A DNA stretch of 63,400 bases, filler included, from Vannella sp. (lineage: Eukaryota), in assembly GCA_023345925.1 (NCBI GenBank). It is 4 parts of 4 records of this genome, joined end to end, with 100 filler letters (N's around TTAATTAATTAA, not from the genome) between each part and the next. Parts side by side here need not be neighbours in the genome. Positions count along the whole stretch, not along the records: positions 1 to 12,991 come from JAJQQN010000635.1; 3 more parts are not named here. One strand, 5' to 3'. Shown here one piece after another: positions 1 to 12,106 of the stretch. The translations under genes and the position numbers were made by a program. Positions within the stretch are counted from its first letter, which is position 1; each line of letters opens with the position of its first letter. A model generated the notes under the pieces. The model made no database searches. It saw only the letters and a program-made list of their open reading frames with translations, and was not told where the DNA came from.

Positions 1-792
1 GATGAAGGTCGAGCAGTTTGCAAGTAAGTTTGATCATCCCGCATCTCCGCAAAGTCTCTGTGAGGGAGAGAACGATACTCTGAGTCACACTATGAGGATC
101 TGTAAAGGAAGGGTAAGTGGAATTGTCTCCATTGGAAAATTCTCATTCTGTGGGGCCATCTTTACCCTTCTTTAGATCAGTTTGGACCTTGCGAAGAGAA
201 AGGTAAGTCAATTAATCAATAGCGCATCCATGCGCTAAGAAACATTCAGGTTTTGGGGTCAATTGAAGGTAACCTATCCCAGAAATCTGGGTTTCCAAGG
301 GAAAATCGCCCCCTTGCAACGGGAGAAAGGTTTGTCGTCTCTTTCTTGAGTGTCTGCATCATGCCCTAGGTCATCAGTAACGGTTTAGACCCAATCTGAA
401 TGACTGTGGTCAAGGTGAGTGGTGGATTTCCCTTTTCTGTGGCCAAAAAGGATGTTAGAGTGTCTTGCATCCTTCTGGGTCAAGCAAGTAAGTCTCAACC
501 ATGCAAGGTAACACTTCTAAATAGCTAATGTCGAAGCGACTGAATGTAAGTACCTTTCGGTTTCGAAAAAAGCTCAATCTTGGTGCTTTCGAGTTTCACT
601 GGCTTTCGAATTTGACTGGGTGGCACTGAGAGAGGTTTGTTTTACCCACGGCAGACAGTAGAATCTATTCTGCTTTCAAACGGTGAGCTAGGTAGAATCA
701 TCTTGAAGAGGAGGGAAAAGGTCCCAGAGAGAAATGGCTAAAGTTGAAGTGGTAAGGCACATATTCCCATTCACCATCTTATTCAGAAATGA
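1..792 (+). other. Probable micro-exon-rich gene segment (5' partial), product unknown
   Basis: Strong donors GTAAGT/GTGAGT/GTGAGC/GTAAGG at 24, 113, 203, 415, 488, 546, 683, 752. Removing introns 203-249, 330-388, 415-458 and 488-536 gives an open frame from 176 to 545 (ISLDLAKRK|VLGSIEG..ATGER|PNLNDCGQE|CLASFWVKQ|RLN). No ORF of 60 aa or more exists here otherwise. Confidence 0.4.
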
Positions 793-878
793 ATTTATGA
801 TTTGACAAAAAAGTAAGGTAAAGTGAAAAAAATTGGAGGGTGAAATGCCTACTACTTAACTTTTTGCATTTTTTGCGA

Positions 879-911
879 CTAAGTCGCAGATACAGTGTAT
901 CTGCGACTTAG
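879..911. repeat. Perfect inverted repeat, 16-bp arms with 1-nt spacer
   Basis: CTAAGTCGCAGATACA-G-TGTATCTGCGACTTAG. A nested 7-bp hairpin TGCGACT-A-AGTCGCA lies at 874-888. Flanks are AT-rich. Confidence 0.95.
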
Positions 912-1026
912 ACAACTTTTTCACTTTTCTCTCTTTTTCGGTCAACTTCTTCCGTTTTCCATTTACTTTTACCTGTTTATTCGTCGGGGTTTACCAAAGT
1001 CTTGTCTCGTTGCTTCGCTTTGTAGG

Positions 1027-2520
1027 ATGAAGTTCACTTTCATCATCATATCTTGTGAGATTTTGCTGCTGTTCATCATCGATTCTAATAAGTTTATAGA
1101 GTTTATCAAGGCTACCATAAAGGATGCAAAACGGGGTGTTTTCGCTCAACAGCATCTCGTCGAAGAAGAGACTTTCTTCAATCTCTCTTCGGACGAAGAT
1201 TCTGACGATGCCTCAGCTGGTCCATCTGGCCAGCTTTCTTCTCGATTTGAGAATGACGATGAGGACTTCGTCAAGAAACCTCCTTTCCGTCCTTTGAGGA
1301 AAGCAACTGATCAAGTACCAGTCCCCCAAGCTCATGTGGAATCAAGAGTGACCGTGACTCGCCCCGGCGGAGGAAATATGATTTCTCCTGACAAAGACTT
1401 GTCACATTCTTCGGTACAAAGAGCTCGCTACGGCTCGCCGACGGCAAGATCAGCTGATGAATCAATTCCGGAACCAGCTCCTCTGATGACTGAGAAGTCT
1501 GGATCGGGAAGAGGAGGGAGAGCAGCTTCTCTTGCGCCTTCTGAATCCCAACGTGCTTCAAAAGCTAAGCGACTGACGGAAGTTCCCGCAGACTCAACTC
1601 CTCTGTTCACCCAACTGTTGAAGGATTTCTGCGGTCCAAATTCTGCGCCCGAGGAGCAAAGTGTCTACTCCAGAAAGACAACTCAGATCTATCAATCCGA
1701 AATGTTCCTTGGAACCTTGTCGATTCACGATGTACCAAGAAGGAGAGTGATGAAATGAATAATCATTTGCTGTCAGTTCATAACTCGGAATTTTCTCCCT
1801 CATTAAAGCCCAATTGGTTTTTTTGAATTATTTTGCGCAAGGGCCCCGCGTCGTGCGGGTCCTCCTCCACCGCGGTTGGAATACTCCTCCAAGTTTGGCT
1901 CTGAGGAACTATTGAGGAGATAGAGGAAGAGGTTGTTTGGTGTTGTCCGTGCAAGAGGAGGAAGAAGAAGAGGAGGTTGGTCGTACATGCAAAGAGGAGC
2001 AAGGAGAGGATTGAGCAAAGACGAAAATAAGTGATCAAAGTGAGAACTAATGGAGAAGGAACAAGGAGGAACAATCAAAGGCGACTTCGAATACTAGATC
2101 AACGAGACGGACCGAGTGATGATGCAGACAGCCCACACCATCAAGTGTACTTCTACTTGCTTTACAAAGGAATTTATTCTGTACTCTGATATGCGTCCTC
2201 ACCACAAGGGATAGCTCATCCCTCCAGAACGCCTCTCACGAACTTTGGTCAGCGCGCTCTCCCAGCTGAGCTTATTTCAGTGCCCAATGTTGAAGAGTGG
2301 ACAGGTATCGGAGAGGTCCTTCAGAATGTGTGGAAGACCCAACCACCATTGTAGAAGGACCTCTCCGCTGCCTGTCTGCTCTCCAACATTGTTGTCAGCT
2401 GGCCAACAGTCCATCTGCCTTCTTCAGCTTCCCCTGTACCTCGACCACACCAACGCAGTTCTCCAACCAACACGAGGAAGCGGTTCCACAAGCCACCTCG
2501 AGGATCATAGCGAAAAGTGA
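1027..2520 (+). pseudogene. Uncharacterised low-complexity ORF (to 1758) followed by coding-like sequence broken by stops; possible degraded gene or element
   Basis: ORF 895-1758 has an acidic, S/P-rich disordered body. The downstream purine-rich E/G-coding stretch (1900-2100) and 2200-2520 are interrupted by stops. No recognisable domain. Confidence 0.3.
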
Positions 2521-2592
2521 TAATTACGTAATCATTGTTTCTAAAGGCTCATCACTCAAATCTCATTTCTTTGGCAGACAGGGAAGGAGACC

Positions 2593-3978
2593 ATGAACCC
2601 GCGGACCTTCTTGGATGTCTCTATCGATGGGAAGGCAGGTTCGTGGTGTGGGAGAGGATGATGTTGGAAGGCTAATGGACGAAGCGGGACGGATCATTGT
2701 CGAGTTGTTTGCAGATAAGACCCCCAAGACGGCGGAGAACTTTCGCGCGCTCTGTGTGGGAGACCAGGGCGTGGGAAAGACTACAGGAAAGCCACTCTTC
2801 TATGCTGGATCCCCCTTTCATCGCATTGTGAAAGGGTAAGAGGAAGGATCGACTTCCCTCTTCAGTCTCTGTTCTCACTCTTGCGGCAGGTTCATGATCC
2901 AAGGAGGCGACTTCTCCATGCACAATGGAACAGGAGGGGAGTCAATCTACGGTGGCAAGTTCGAGGACGAGAACTTTGACCTCAAACACGATCGCCCCTT
3001 CCTCTTGTCCATGGCCAACGCTGGACCGAACACGAATGGCTCCCAGTTCTTCATCACAACTAACCCTCAGCCCCATCTTGACGGGTTCGTCAGCTCTTCC
3101 TACTGGGAGGTGAAGGAGCTAAGACTTGGGGATCCAGCAAACACGTGGTCTTTGGACGCGTAGTGGTGGGAGAGGATGTCGTAACAGCAATGGAAAACGA
3201 GTACGTGGATAGCAGTAGCAAGCCCTTCTCTCAGATTGTTATTGAACGAAGTGGCGAGCTCGTCCTCCAACGAGTTCAGAAATCAAGCCCTGTCCCCGCT
3301 GCAGGCGAGGATATGAGTGATTCCTCGTCTGATGAGTCTTCCAGTGAGTCTTCCAATGAAGAAACCAGCCGAGAACGACGGAAACGGCTGCGAAAAGAGG
3401 AGAAGGCTCTCAAAAAGGAAGAGAAACGCAAGAGGAAGGCGGAGAAGAAGCAGAAAGGAGGCAAAGACTACAGCAGCGATCGTTCCCCTAGCCCAAGCAC
3501 CCGAAAGATCCCAGAGAAGCGAGTTGTTCGTCCAGTTGAACCGCAGGTCATCAACGGGAAGGTTGTGAAGGGACGGGGAGTCTCCTGGTACCACAAAGAC
3601 AATGACATTCTCTCTACTGCTGTGAGAAGGCGAAGGGAGCAGTCACGCCGTCCTGATCGTCGCAATGATCGACCTTACGACAGACGAAGTGATGATCCTC
3701 CCTCCAGAGATCGTTACGAGCGCTTTGACCGTGACGAAAGAGACAGAAGGCATCTTGACTCCAGGGATCCAAGAAGGGAAGAACGTTGGAGCCGCCATTC
3801 TGATCGAGACTCCACAAGAGGGCGAGAAAGTCCTCCAACCGGCGAGCGGCGGAGAAGGTCACCCTCTCGTACTCGTTCTCCAAAGAGGACATTCCTTAGT
3901 CGTAGCAGAAGCCCCAAACGTGCATTGGGAGCCAGTCCCCCTCCCAAAAGTCCTATTTCAAGGTCTCCCGAAGCGTGA
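2593..3978 (+). CDS. Cyclophilin-type peptidyl-prolyl isomerase with C-terminal K-rich/RS domain (PPIG/CYP63-like)
   Basis: [67 protein letters not shown]. Introns 2639-2684, 2836-2889, 3085-3137. RS/RD-rich tail. Confidence 0.93.
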
Positions 3979-4010
3979 ATGTACTTGATGTGAGAGAAAG
4001 GATTTGAGCT

Positions 4011-5623
4011 TCATTTGACTTTCTTCCCTTTCGGAGGCTCTTTTGGGGCCTCTTTAACGGGTTCTGTGGGAGGTTGGGACTCTCCCAAGTACCAGTCATT
4101 CTCTTTGAAAGTGACACCTTCACTGTTAATGTACAAATGATCTGTCGCACCCCGGATAGATACTGCCTGCATGTCAAAGGCCTCAATGATAGCCATTTCC
4201 ATCTCCCGCAAAGGCACTTCGATGGCTTTCTTCGAAGGCAATGGAAGCCAAGAACGAATACTTTGGTAATTCAGCACTATTTGTGCCAAAAGGGATCAGT
4301 TTAGGACTCTTAACGATAGGGGGAGGCTATTGTACTTACTGAGAACTTTCGATTGCACTTCAAATTGATTGTTGAAGAGAGAGCTGGGGAGAACTTCAAT
4401 AACGCTCACATGAACTCCCAACCACATGAAATTGACTTGGAAGTGGTCGTGGGGACTGATTAGGACATCAGTGTCATAGAACATTTCTCCGTAGTCTTTG
4501 AGTCTGGCGTTCTTGCCCAAATAGTCGACCACAGTGTATCGCAATTGATAATGTTCAAGAATGGCAATGACTTCGTCAATGTTGTGAATCTGCCAAGCGG
4601 CAGGGTCGCTAGTAGGATTGTATATGGTAACTGTAGGTTTGAATCCCTCTTCTCTTTCAAATCCTCGTGGAAGAGGACGTGGAAGTTGCACGTGCTCGTA
4701 AAGTCTGGTCTTAAAATCTTCTCCTTCGGAAGCACCGGAAAAGAACTGTGGCTTTGACCCAGTAACAACAGCTCTATCGTAACGTTATTAGACACTTCAA
4801 AAAGTCCTACACACCTTTTCATGCAAAGATACTTTGATTCTGACACTCCCAATGCATCAAGATCCTCCCAAAAGGAGAGTTTGGTATGCTTATCAATGAA
4901 AAGAGCGAGCAAATCCGACTCCCATGTCCTGTCTCCAACTTTTGGCCGAAGGATGTACGCATGGTCAAGGCTAGGATAGTCCATAAAGGACCCAAAAGTC
5001 ACATTTTGGCGCTGTACTTCGTACAGCATGATGTTGGACTCGATAAAGTGGATTGGATGTATCTTAGAAGCGTCTGCGCCTCTTTGAAAAGCAAGATAAG
5101 TCACTTCGTCCTCCACTACTATCGCATCTCGCACTGCAGCAAGATCCGGGGAGATTCGCCGGACAGTAAGCTTGTCTGTGACGTCTACCGAGAACGGTAG
5201 TACACCTGTGGTAGCCGGATGTGATGTGGGTATGCGGAATCGCTTCTCATCAAGATCGTCCGCCATAAAGGCTACGACAGACTCGCTGATCGCCAGATCC
5301 TCTTCTTCCTCATCGTACAGGTCAGGATCAATGAATAGCAGTGATCCTCGTCCATCAAAGCATACATCATCATAGAAACAGATCTCAGAGTAGTCAGGGT
5401 TGCGAGTACACCAATGCTCTGTTCGCCAACCCTCCATCTTGTGAGGCGGTCCTGGCAGAGGTGACACCGTCACCGTGACTGTGACATAAACAATCTCTAC
5501 TTCCTCCTGCGTACAATCCAAAGGCACTTGGTTTGCCCCCCATTGCTCGGAGAGGATCGACAAAGTCACCAACCCCACCAACAGCCCCAACAGCACCACC
5601 AAACTCTTCACCCGCACTCCCAT
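4011..5623 (-). CDS. Type II membrane glycosyltransferase, GT61 (EOGT/POMGNT2)-like
   Basis: N-terminal signal-anchor, C-x-x-x-D-V-C motif, 'IHNIDEVIAIL', 'DTDVLISPH...N.MWL...SVIEVLP' matching the GT61 C-terminal pattern. Two short introns (~4730-4790 and ~4278-4339). Confidence 0.6.
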
Positions 5624-5940
5624 TTCCCAATGACTCCCAAAATACATAAATTAGAAGCACTATCATCTTTAATTGAATGCAGCCACAAATAAGAGGAAGA
5701 CAAAAGTCCTTCATGTTCTATTTTGAATTGGTTCAAAGAAAGTTTCAGCTGAAATCTCCGATTGGGTGGCATTCTTACGAAAGTTTTTGTAATAAGCTTC
5801 TGCGAATTTATCTTAAAACGCCCGCCCTTCACGTATCTTTTTCAGTTTTGATGGGAAATTTGATTCAAGTTCAGGTGAGAACATGAGGATTTTCTTCTTT
5901 TGGTTTTATTATCATTTGGTTGTACTGCGAGACGGCTGGC

Positions 5941-6939
5941 ATGCCCTACACGCCGACCCCTTCTCCAAACGTGCCTGAACATCCGTTGTTGCCTCAGGAA
6001 CTTTCGTTACAATTCCAAAGAAGAGGAAGAGAAGAGAAACGCGAAGGAGGGAGGGAACGACAAGCTTCGTTCGAGACATACACGCCTCCTCTCTCGAACC
6101 ACACCACTCTGCGAAGCCTTCTACCAAGGTTGTTACCACACACTGAGACTCTCCCTGAATTACCATTCCGCCTTCCCTCTTTCCAAGAGCTGTGCCGAAG
6201 CGCATCTTCCTCCAACTTGAGCCCTGCCCCATTCCAAAGGTCATTCAGCACTCCAGACCGACTTTCTATTGCCTCTCTCACAACCCCGAACGCCCCATCC
6301 TCGAGCCAAAACTCCCCTTTGCGCATCCGCATTGAGGAACTTCCTCCCTCCACATCTCCTCCGAGTGAGGAGTCCAACGGCTCCTTTGCACCTCCTGTGA
6401 TCAAGTTCTCACCCAATGCTGTCTGGCCGATGCCGTTCTACTGTTCCCATTGCAAGAGAAGCCAAAGCATCTCGGACCAAGCCACATCTAAGCGCATCTC
6501 CACCTCCTGCGAACATTACACACCCTGTAATGAGTGCCGTTGTCGTGTTGTACGACAGCTACTTCGTTGTCCCACCTGCTGCATGGAGCTGGTCGGGAAA
6601 TATCCCGGATGCTCTTCCGAATGTCTCCAGAACTGCCAAGACGCTGGCATTGGCCTTGCTACCTCTGGATGTCCAAGGTGCGACTCTAAACTAGTGAAAG
6701 AGAAGTGTTCTACTCCTTGCAACCGACGAACAAGCCAGGAGTATCACGAGGCGCGCTCCCGACTCAATCAAATGACTGCGGTGTTGGTGCTTCGTCCGGA
6801 CCACTGCGGGCTCTTGGATACCATTGCTATCGGTACACGTCCCTGTTCGCACTACTCCATGTGCCCTATTCACCATACCATCCGCAAAGGGCGAGCCTGT
6901 CGAGCTCAATGCCCCAAATGCAAAGGGCACGACTCCTAA
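5941..6939 (+). CDS. Hypothetical protein: P/S-rich N-terminus, Cys/His-rich (multi-CxxC) C-terminus
   Basis: Single 332-aa ORF from ATG 5941. More than 20 Cys in the last ~170 aa (CSHC, CNEC, CPTC, CPRC, CPKC). Confidence 0.7.
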   Translation: MPYTPTPSPNVPEHPLLPQELSLQFQRRGREEKREGGRERQASFETYTPPLSNHTTLRSLLPRLLPHTETLPELPFRLPSFQELCRSASSSNLSPAPFQRSFSTPDRLSIASLTTPNAPSSSQNSPLRIRIEELPPSTSPPSEESNGSFAPPVIKFSPNAVWPMPFYCSHCKRSQSISDQATSKRISTSCEHYTPCNECRCRVVRQLLRCPTCCMELVGKYPGCSSECLQNCQDAGIGLATSGCPRCDSKLVKEKCSTPCNRRTSQEYHEARSRLNQMTAVLVLRPDHCGLLDTIAIGTRPCSHYSMCPIHHTIRKGRACRAQCPKCKGHDS

Positions 6940-7309
6940 CTGCCTCCCTGTAATAGTAAACTTCTTCGTCTCTCTCAACGCTCCTTCTTCCGTTCCCTTC
7001 CTCTGAGGATCTCATTTATCCAAACTTCGCAATCGAGGAATGCCGGCCACCAGAACCATCCAACCGCCTTTCCTTCCCTAACAGTACCCAAGTGTGAGCT
7101 CGGACACCAACTCCATATATGGAAGACAGGCCGAGCACTCCACAAGCCAAAGAGGGACTTTGAGGAACAAGTCAAGTTGTCACTTCATCCAGCTCTTTGG
7201 TTTTGCATAGGCAGATGTCATATGTCGTGCAGATACTTCAGAGAGTATGGAGTTGTAAGAGAGGGAGGGGAGAACCATTCTTTGGGGAGAACGGGGAGCG
7301 GGAGTGCTC

Positions 7310-8945
7310 ATGGAGCGGAGAGAACGCTATTATAAGCGGGGTTTGGACTCGAAGGGGCTCAAGAGGAAGAGAGAAGACAAAGCGTGGCGTATTCGAAGAG
7401 AAAAGCAGAGTGAGGTGCTCTCTCTTCGTCGCCATCCTTTGAAAGAGGATGACGCGGTCGACTTCCCTTTGGTATAAGCTGCGTCCTCTATTGGTGGCCT
7501 TCCTCATAGTCTCAATAGATAGAAGAGCTTCCAACCTTTCTACACGGCTTACGAAGCTCGCAATCAGGAGTACAAGAGCACTCCGTTGTCCAAATCCGCC
7601 GACTTCTCTCGATCGGTAGGCTACTGTGGTAATGGAGAGCCATCACTGAGACCTTGGGTCTACAGAGTCGCCTCCCATTGATCAAATCATTCAAAAGGGG
7701 GCCGCACAGGACTTGGTGAACCTCTTAGAGCACCATAATGACGCCGTCGTTCGATTTAACTGCGCGTGGGCCATTTGTAACCTTTCTCTCGGTACAGAAG
7801 AGCAGATACGTGGTCTGGTAGACTGTGGGGCAATCCCTGTGCTTGTCCAACTGCTCAGAAGCTCCAACGACACGAAAATCAAGGGCCAGGCTCTTTGGGC
7901 CCTCAGCAACATCTCTGCCATGTCCACCTCTCTTCGAGACTATGTAGTACACATGGGAGCACTTGATCTATTGGTTCCTGTGCTTGATCAGCGGCTGCCT
8001 GAGTTACTGAAGCAAGCCGTCTGTTTGTGTGACATTCTCTGCAAAGGAACCCCTCCTCCTGCCACTGAAAGGACTCTTATCATAGTCCCTTCCCTTCTAC
8101 GCGTCTTAAAACATCCGGTTTTGGATGAAGAAGTGAGGATTGGAGTCGCTTGGACCCTTTCTCACATGACAGAAGGCGGAATGGCAAACATTCAGCAGCT
8201 TTTGGCAATGAAAGTGGCAGCAGTGATGATCCCCCTTCTTGGAGAAGATGTGCCATCACTGCAAGCATCTGCATTGCGCTTTGTTGGCAATATCGCTGCT
8301 GGGGATGACCTGCATTGCTCCAGTCTCATTCAAGAAAACACACTTCCTCTTCTACGCTCACTTCTAGCATCCAATGTTAATGAACAGATGAAGCGAGAGG
8401 CCGCTTGGACCCTTGCCAACATCTCATCGGGTCCGCAAGACCATATTCAAGCTATTTTAGAAGCCGATGACCTCTTGGAAGTGCTCATTTCATGTTCTAT
8501 AGAAGCTGTAGAGTCCATCAAGGTTGAGATAGCTTGGGTAATCACTAATATAGCCTCCGCTGGCTCTCCAATTCAGGTCCAAACTGCTGTGGAACGGGGT
8601 GCAGTGGAGATGATAGCTGAATTACTGGACTTTCCCAGCTCCAACTTACAGTTGATCCTCTTGGAAGGCCTTGAATGCATCTTCCACGCTGGAAAACTGC
8701 TTCAAGATCTTACTAGCGGTAGTCCACATCCTTATCGAAGAGAATTAGAGATAACTGGCGCTGAAGAGAAGCTGGAACAACTCCTTCTTCACCCCAATCC
8801 CCATATTTCCAATGCCGCTGTACAACTGTTGGATCTGTTAGGGGCAGAAGGCTCAGGCTCAGACTCAGAGTATCTCGTTCCCGTCACAAACCAGTTCCTT
8901 TCCGGTGGCAGTGACGACAGCCAGGATGAAGAGATGCAGTTCTAA
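7310..8945 (+). CDS. Importin-alpha (karyopherin alpha)
   Basis: IBB domain in exon 1 (MERRERYYKRG..KRKRED..RREKQSE..LRR). Introns 7472-7518 and ~7616-7664. ARM repeats with W-x-x-x-N motifs (AWAICN, ALWALSN, AAWTLAN, IAWVITN). Confidence 0.92.
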
Positions 8946-8950
8946 AGACC

Positions 8951-11900
8951 CTAATTTATCTTGGCTTTGCCTCCTGACTTGCGGCTACGACAAAGGAAGA
9001 GCCCAGCAAACAACAAGACGTCAAAGACGATAAAAAGTGCCGGAATAAGAAGTATAAGCTGACTCTCGGTGTTGACCTCCACTGTAGTGTAAGGCATGCA
9101 CTGAAATGCCCTCATTAAAACCTCTGCATTGATTGCAAGATACAATAGATCCCTTGCTCGAGATTCAGCGAGCTCAGCGAAATGGAGGGCATCATCGAAT
9201 GCCAAAAGCGCCACTTTCCCGCTAACCTGCTTCCAATGGTCCACAACTTCAGCATAAGCAATGCTCACTTCGTTCAAGGTCAAGTGCGAAGCCATGTCTT
9301 GATTGCGTTCGTCCGTCGGAATTCTCCGAAGGATGAAAACTGCGTCGTTGAAGGAGGCCATTGAAGAGGTGAGTAAGTGAGTGATTTGGTTGCGGCGAGC
9401 CGTGTCAATCTGGAAGCGGTTAAAGTTGAATCCAGAAGCAGTGTGAGACCAAGGATGGTCGCCAACAGACCACAACCAGTCTTGAATTGCACATTGATGA
9501 GCTTCGCTGTAGGTAATGTGTGGAGGAAGGACTCCTCCAACCAGCAAAGATGTGGCTGCTAACGCTTGCTTGATAGGGTTTCTTAAGTTCATGTAAATGG
9601 CTTTTCCGTTGCAAGCGATCCGTGCAGGGAATGTCTTTTGAGAGTTTTGAACGATTACAACCAGGTCTGAGAGTGCCTTGGATAGGTAGAACTTATCCAC
9701 CAGCACTGGCTCTTCATAATCTAGAGAAAAGAAGAGGATTGGAATGTGCCTTTCCTCTCCTTGGGTCCATTGGTGCAGCTTAAATGCGCGCAGAGATAAA
9801 AGAGAGTCCCTCAACCTCACACTATCAATAAAGTGAACAACCTCCTGACTGTAGAAGCCCTCGGGGCTGAGTGTGGGTACAATAGCAGACCTCTTCGCAT
9901 CCTGGAAGGCAGTTGCCAACTCTTCGCTATCTGCCATCTTCAACCTGAAATTCACTCAGCACTCACACGAGGAGGAACAAAGGAAGCGTACTCGTGTGAA
10001 ACAAAGGTAACAGTTTGCGATGAGAACTTCAAGCGAGAGATTTCTGCCTGGAACTGGTCAAAGTCAAATCCATCTGGTCCTTTGGGAGGATAATTCTAAA
10101 GTGCATTAGAAGTGAAAACTCACAGAGGATTCACATACAGAGTGCGAAGAGATCTGATAAAAGTGATAGATAAGATGAGGATGATATGGAGTGGGGTAAA
10201 GCGGAGCTCCAGGTACTATGACTTGACGTAAACTAGAAGATATTGTTGCTGCTAATCGAGAAAGGAACATTTCCATAACCCAGTCAGCTCCTTCTCCCTC
10301 TTCGTCACTGCCTTCGACGTCTTTAGAGCTCTTTGCAAGGCGTTCACGAAGGTCTTCGTAGCTTCTTTCCCACTCAACCAACTCTCTCTTGTAGTCTTTA
10401 CACTCCTTGGTCTCTGCGGCTTCGTTACTGCTGCATTTGGAAGAGTAAAGGTATCTGATGTTGCGGACTTTCTCCAGCACTACGTCGTGCAATCCCTCAA
10501 CATCTTCCTTCTTTGTGGTATCGTGGCGAACCTTATTGTAGAGAGGAACCCGAGGTACTGTTTCATTTGTCCTAGTCTTGAAGGCAAGTGAGTTGAAGGA
10601 ATCCCAGTTGAATAACATTAACTCACTCCCTCGCTACCAATGAGAGGACCCCATTCAAATGGACCAGCAGTAAGATCAAGGAAGAAAGTCCGCTCGCTTG
10701 TAATCCAATTATCAGTCAAGCAGTCTTCCACTGCCATCTCGTTCTTATTGAGGAGAAGCCTGATAATGTAGTCTTTCTCAAACTCACTTCCGCTTGTCAT
10801 TATCTGACAAGTTCATGAGATTGACTGATGGCAGGAGAGGAGGCCTCAAATACCTGCTCTGCGAGCTGAATAACTGTCTTCGGCTCGCCTTTAGCGAATT
10901 CAAAGAGGAGAGAAGGGTCATCCCGTGAGTTAGAAATGACCTGGCGCATCTCCGCATCGCTCTGTTGCTGCAAGAACCAAGTGGCCCACTGCGTGGAGAG
11001 CTCCACGTAGTCAACAACTTGGACTCTTTTCGAAGAGGAAAGAGGCAAAAGGAGCTCAGGAAGTGGAGGAGGCTCCTTGGTGTCACATGGAGTGGCGTCA
11101 ACGTCGAGTAGCTCATAGAGTGACTCGATATCCTCCAAGTCACGGCCCCACACGCCCACTAACTCGTCAATCTCTGCTTGGCTGAACCCTTCGCGGTAGC
11201 CGTAGGTCTCGTTGCTCTTCACTGGAGAAAGAGGGTTCATGATAAACATGTTGTAGCCCCCATCTAGCCCCAATCCTTTCGCCACGGCCAAGTAAAAGGA
11301 ACTCATGTGATCGGCGTCCACGTAGAATCGGCCGTTGTTGGCCTTCTTCTCACCGATTTCGAACTCAACCTCTTCTGCTCCATTGAAAGAAGCATTGAAC
11401 TGAACCTCAGGGACTTCAGGGCGCAGATTCCAGAGGATTTGGTCCTGAGCGATCGTGTTGAACATGGGAGAGAGTTTGATCAGGTTCAGATGGAGTCCAT
11501 ACGCTACTTTGGAGTCTCTAGTGGGGTGAGGAGTCGTTGTAGTATGTTCCTCGCCGACTGGCACAATCAAATGGGGCAAAATATGCTCTAAATGACCAAA
11601 CCAGGGCTCAAACTGCTCATTGGTCAATGACAAGACTGTGAAACCACATGCGTAAGTAACACTATGGGGTTTGAAGGTGGGAAGGCTCTTACGTTGGTTC
11701 CCATAGCTATCAAAGCCAGAGAACAGCAGGTTAACAAGGATCGGCAAGGTTATACGCTTTGCAGACCGGATACGGAGGAAGGCAGCAAGGTTCTCTACTC
11801 ATAGTCCTTGAGCTACCATCTCTAATCGAAAAGGATACCCAATACGACGTACCCGCAAGAACCCAGCTTCCCTGAGAGTCACCGCCATGCACAGGCTCGT

Positions 11901-12030
11901 CCACGTGCTCAAACTCCACAATAGACTCCCACCAAGTATCCTCTACCTCTGTATGATGCCCAGCACCACCTTCAACCACCACAGCCATCACCAGGACCAA
12001 CCCCAAAGCAGCCAACCAGAAGCGTCGCAT
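8951..12030 (-). CDS. Conserved uncharacterised type I membrane protein (signal peptide, C-terminal TM), resembling the plant At5g58100/At3g28720-like family
   Basis: Multi-exon (ORFs 11731-12045, 10800-11747, 10618-10800, 10106-10618, 8951-9955). Motifs YGYREGFS, FLDLTAGPFEWGP, DWLWSVG.HPW. TM followed by KAKIN end. Confidence 0.7.
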
Positions 12031-12106
12031 AGCAAATGACCTCAAAAACCCACCAAATCAACCCAAATCATCCAAAATCTCATTTTATATTGTCCAGAAG
12101 GCGGGA

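Noticed and set aside
249..259. GGTTTTGGGG resembling a T4G4 telomeric repeat
   Set aside because: Single copy that falls at a plausible exon start.
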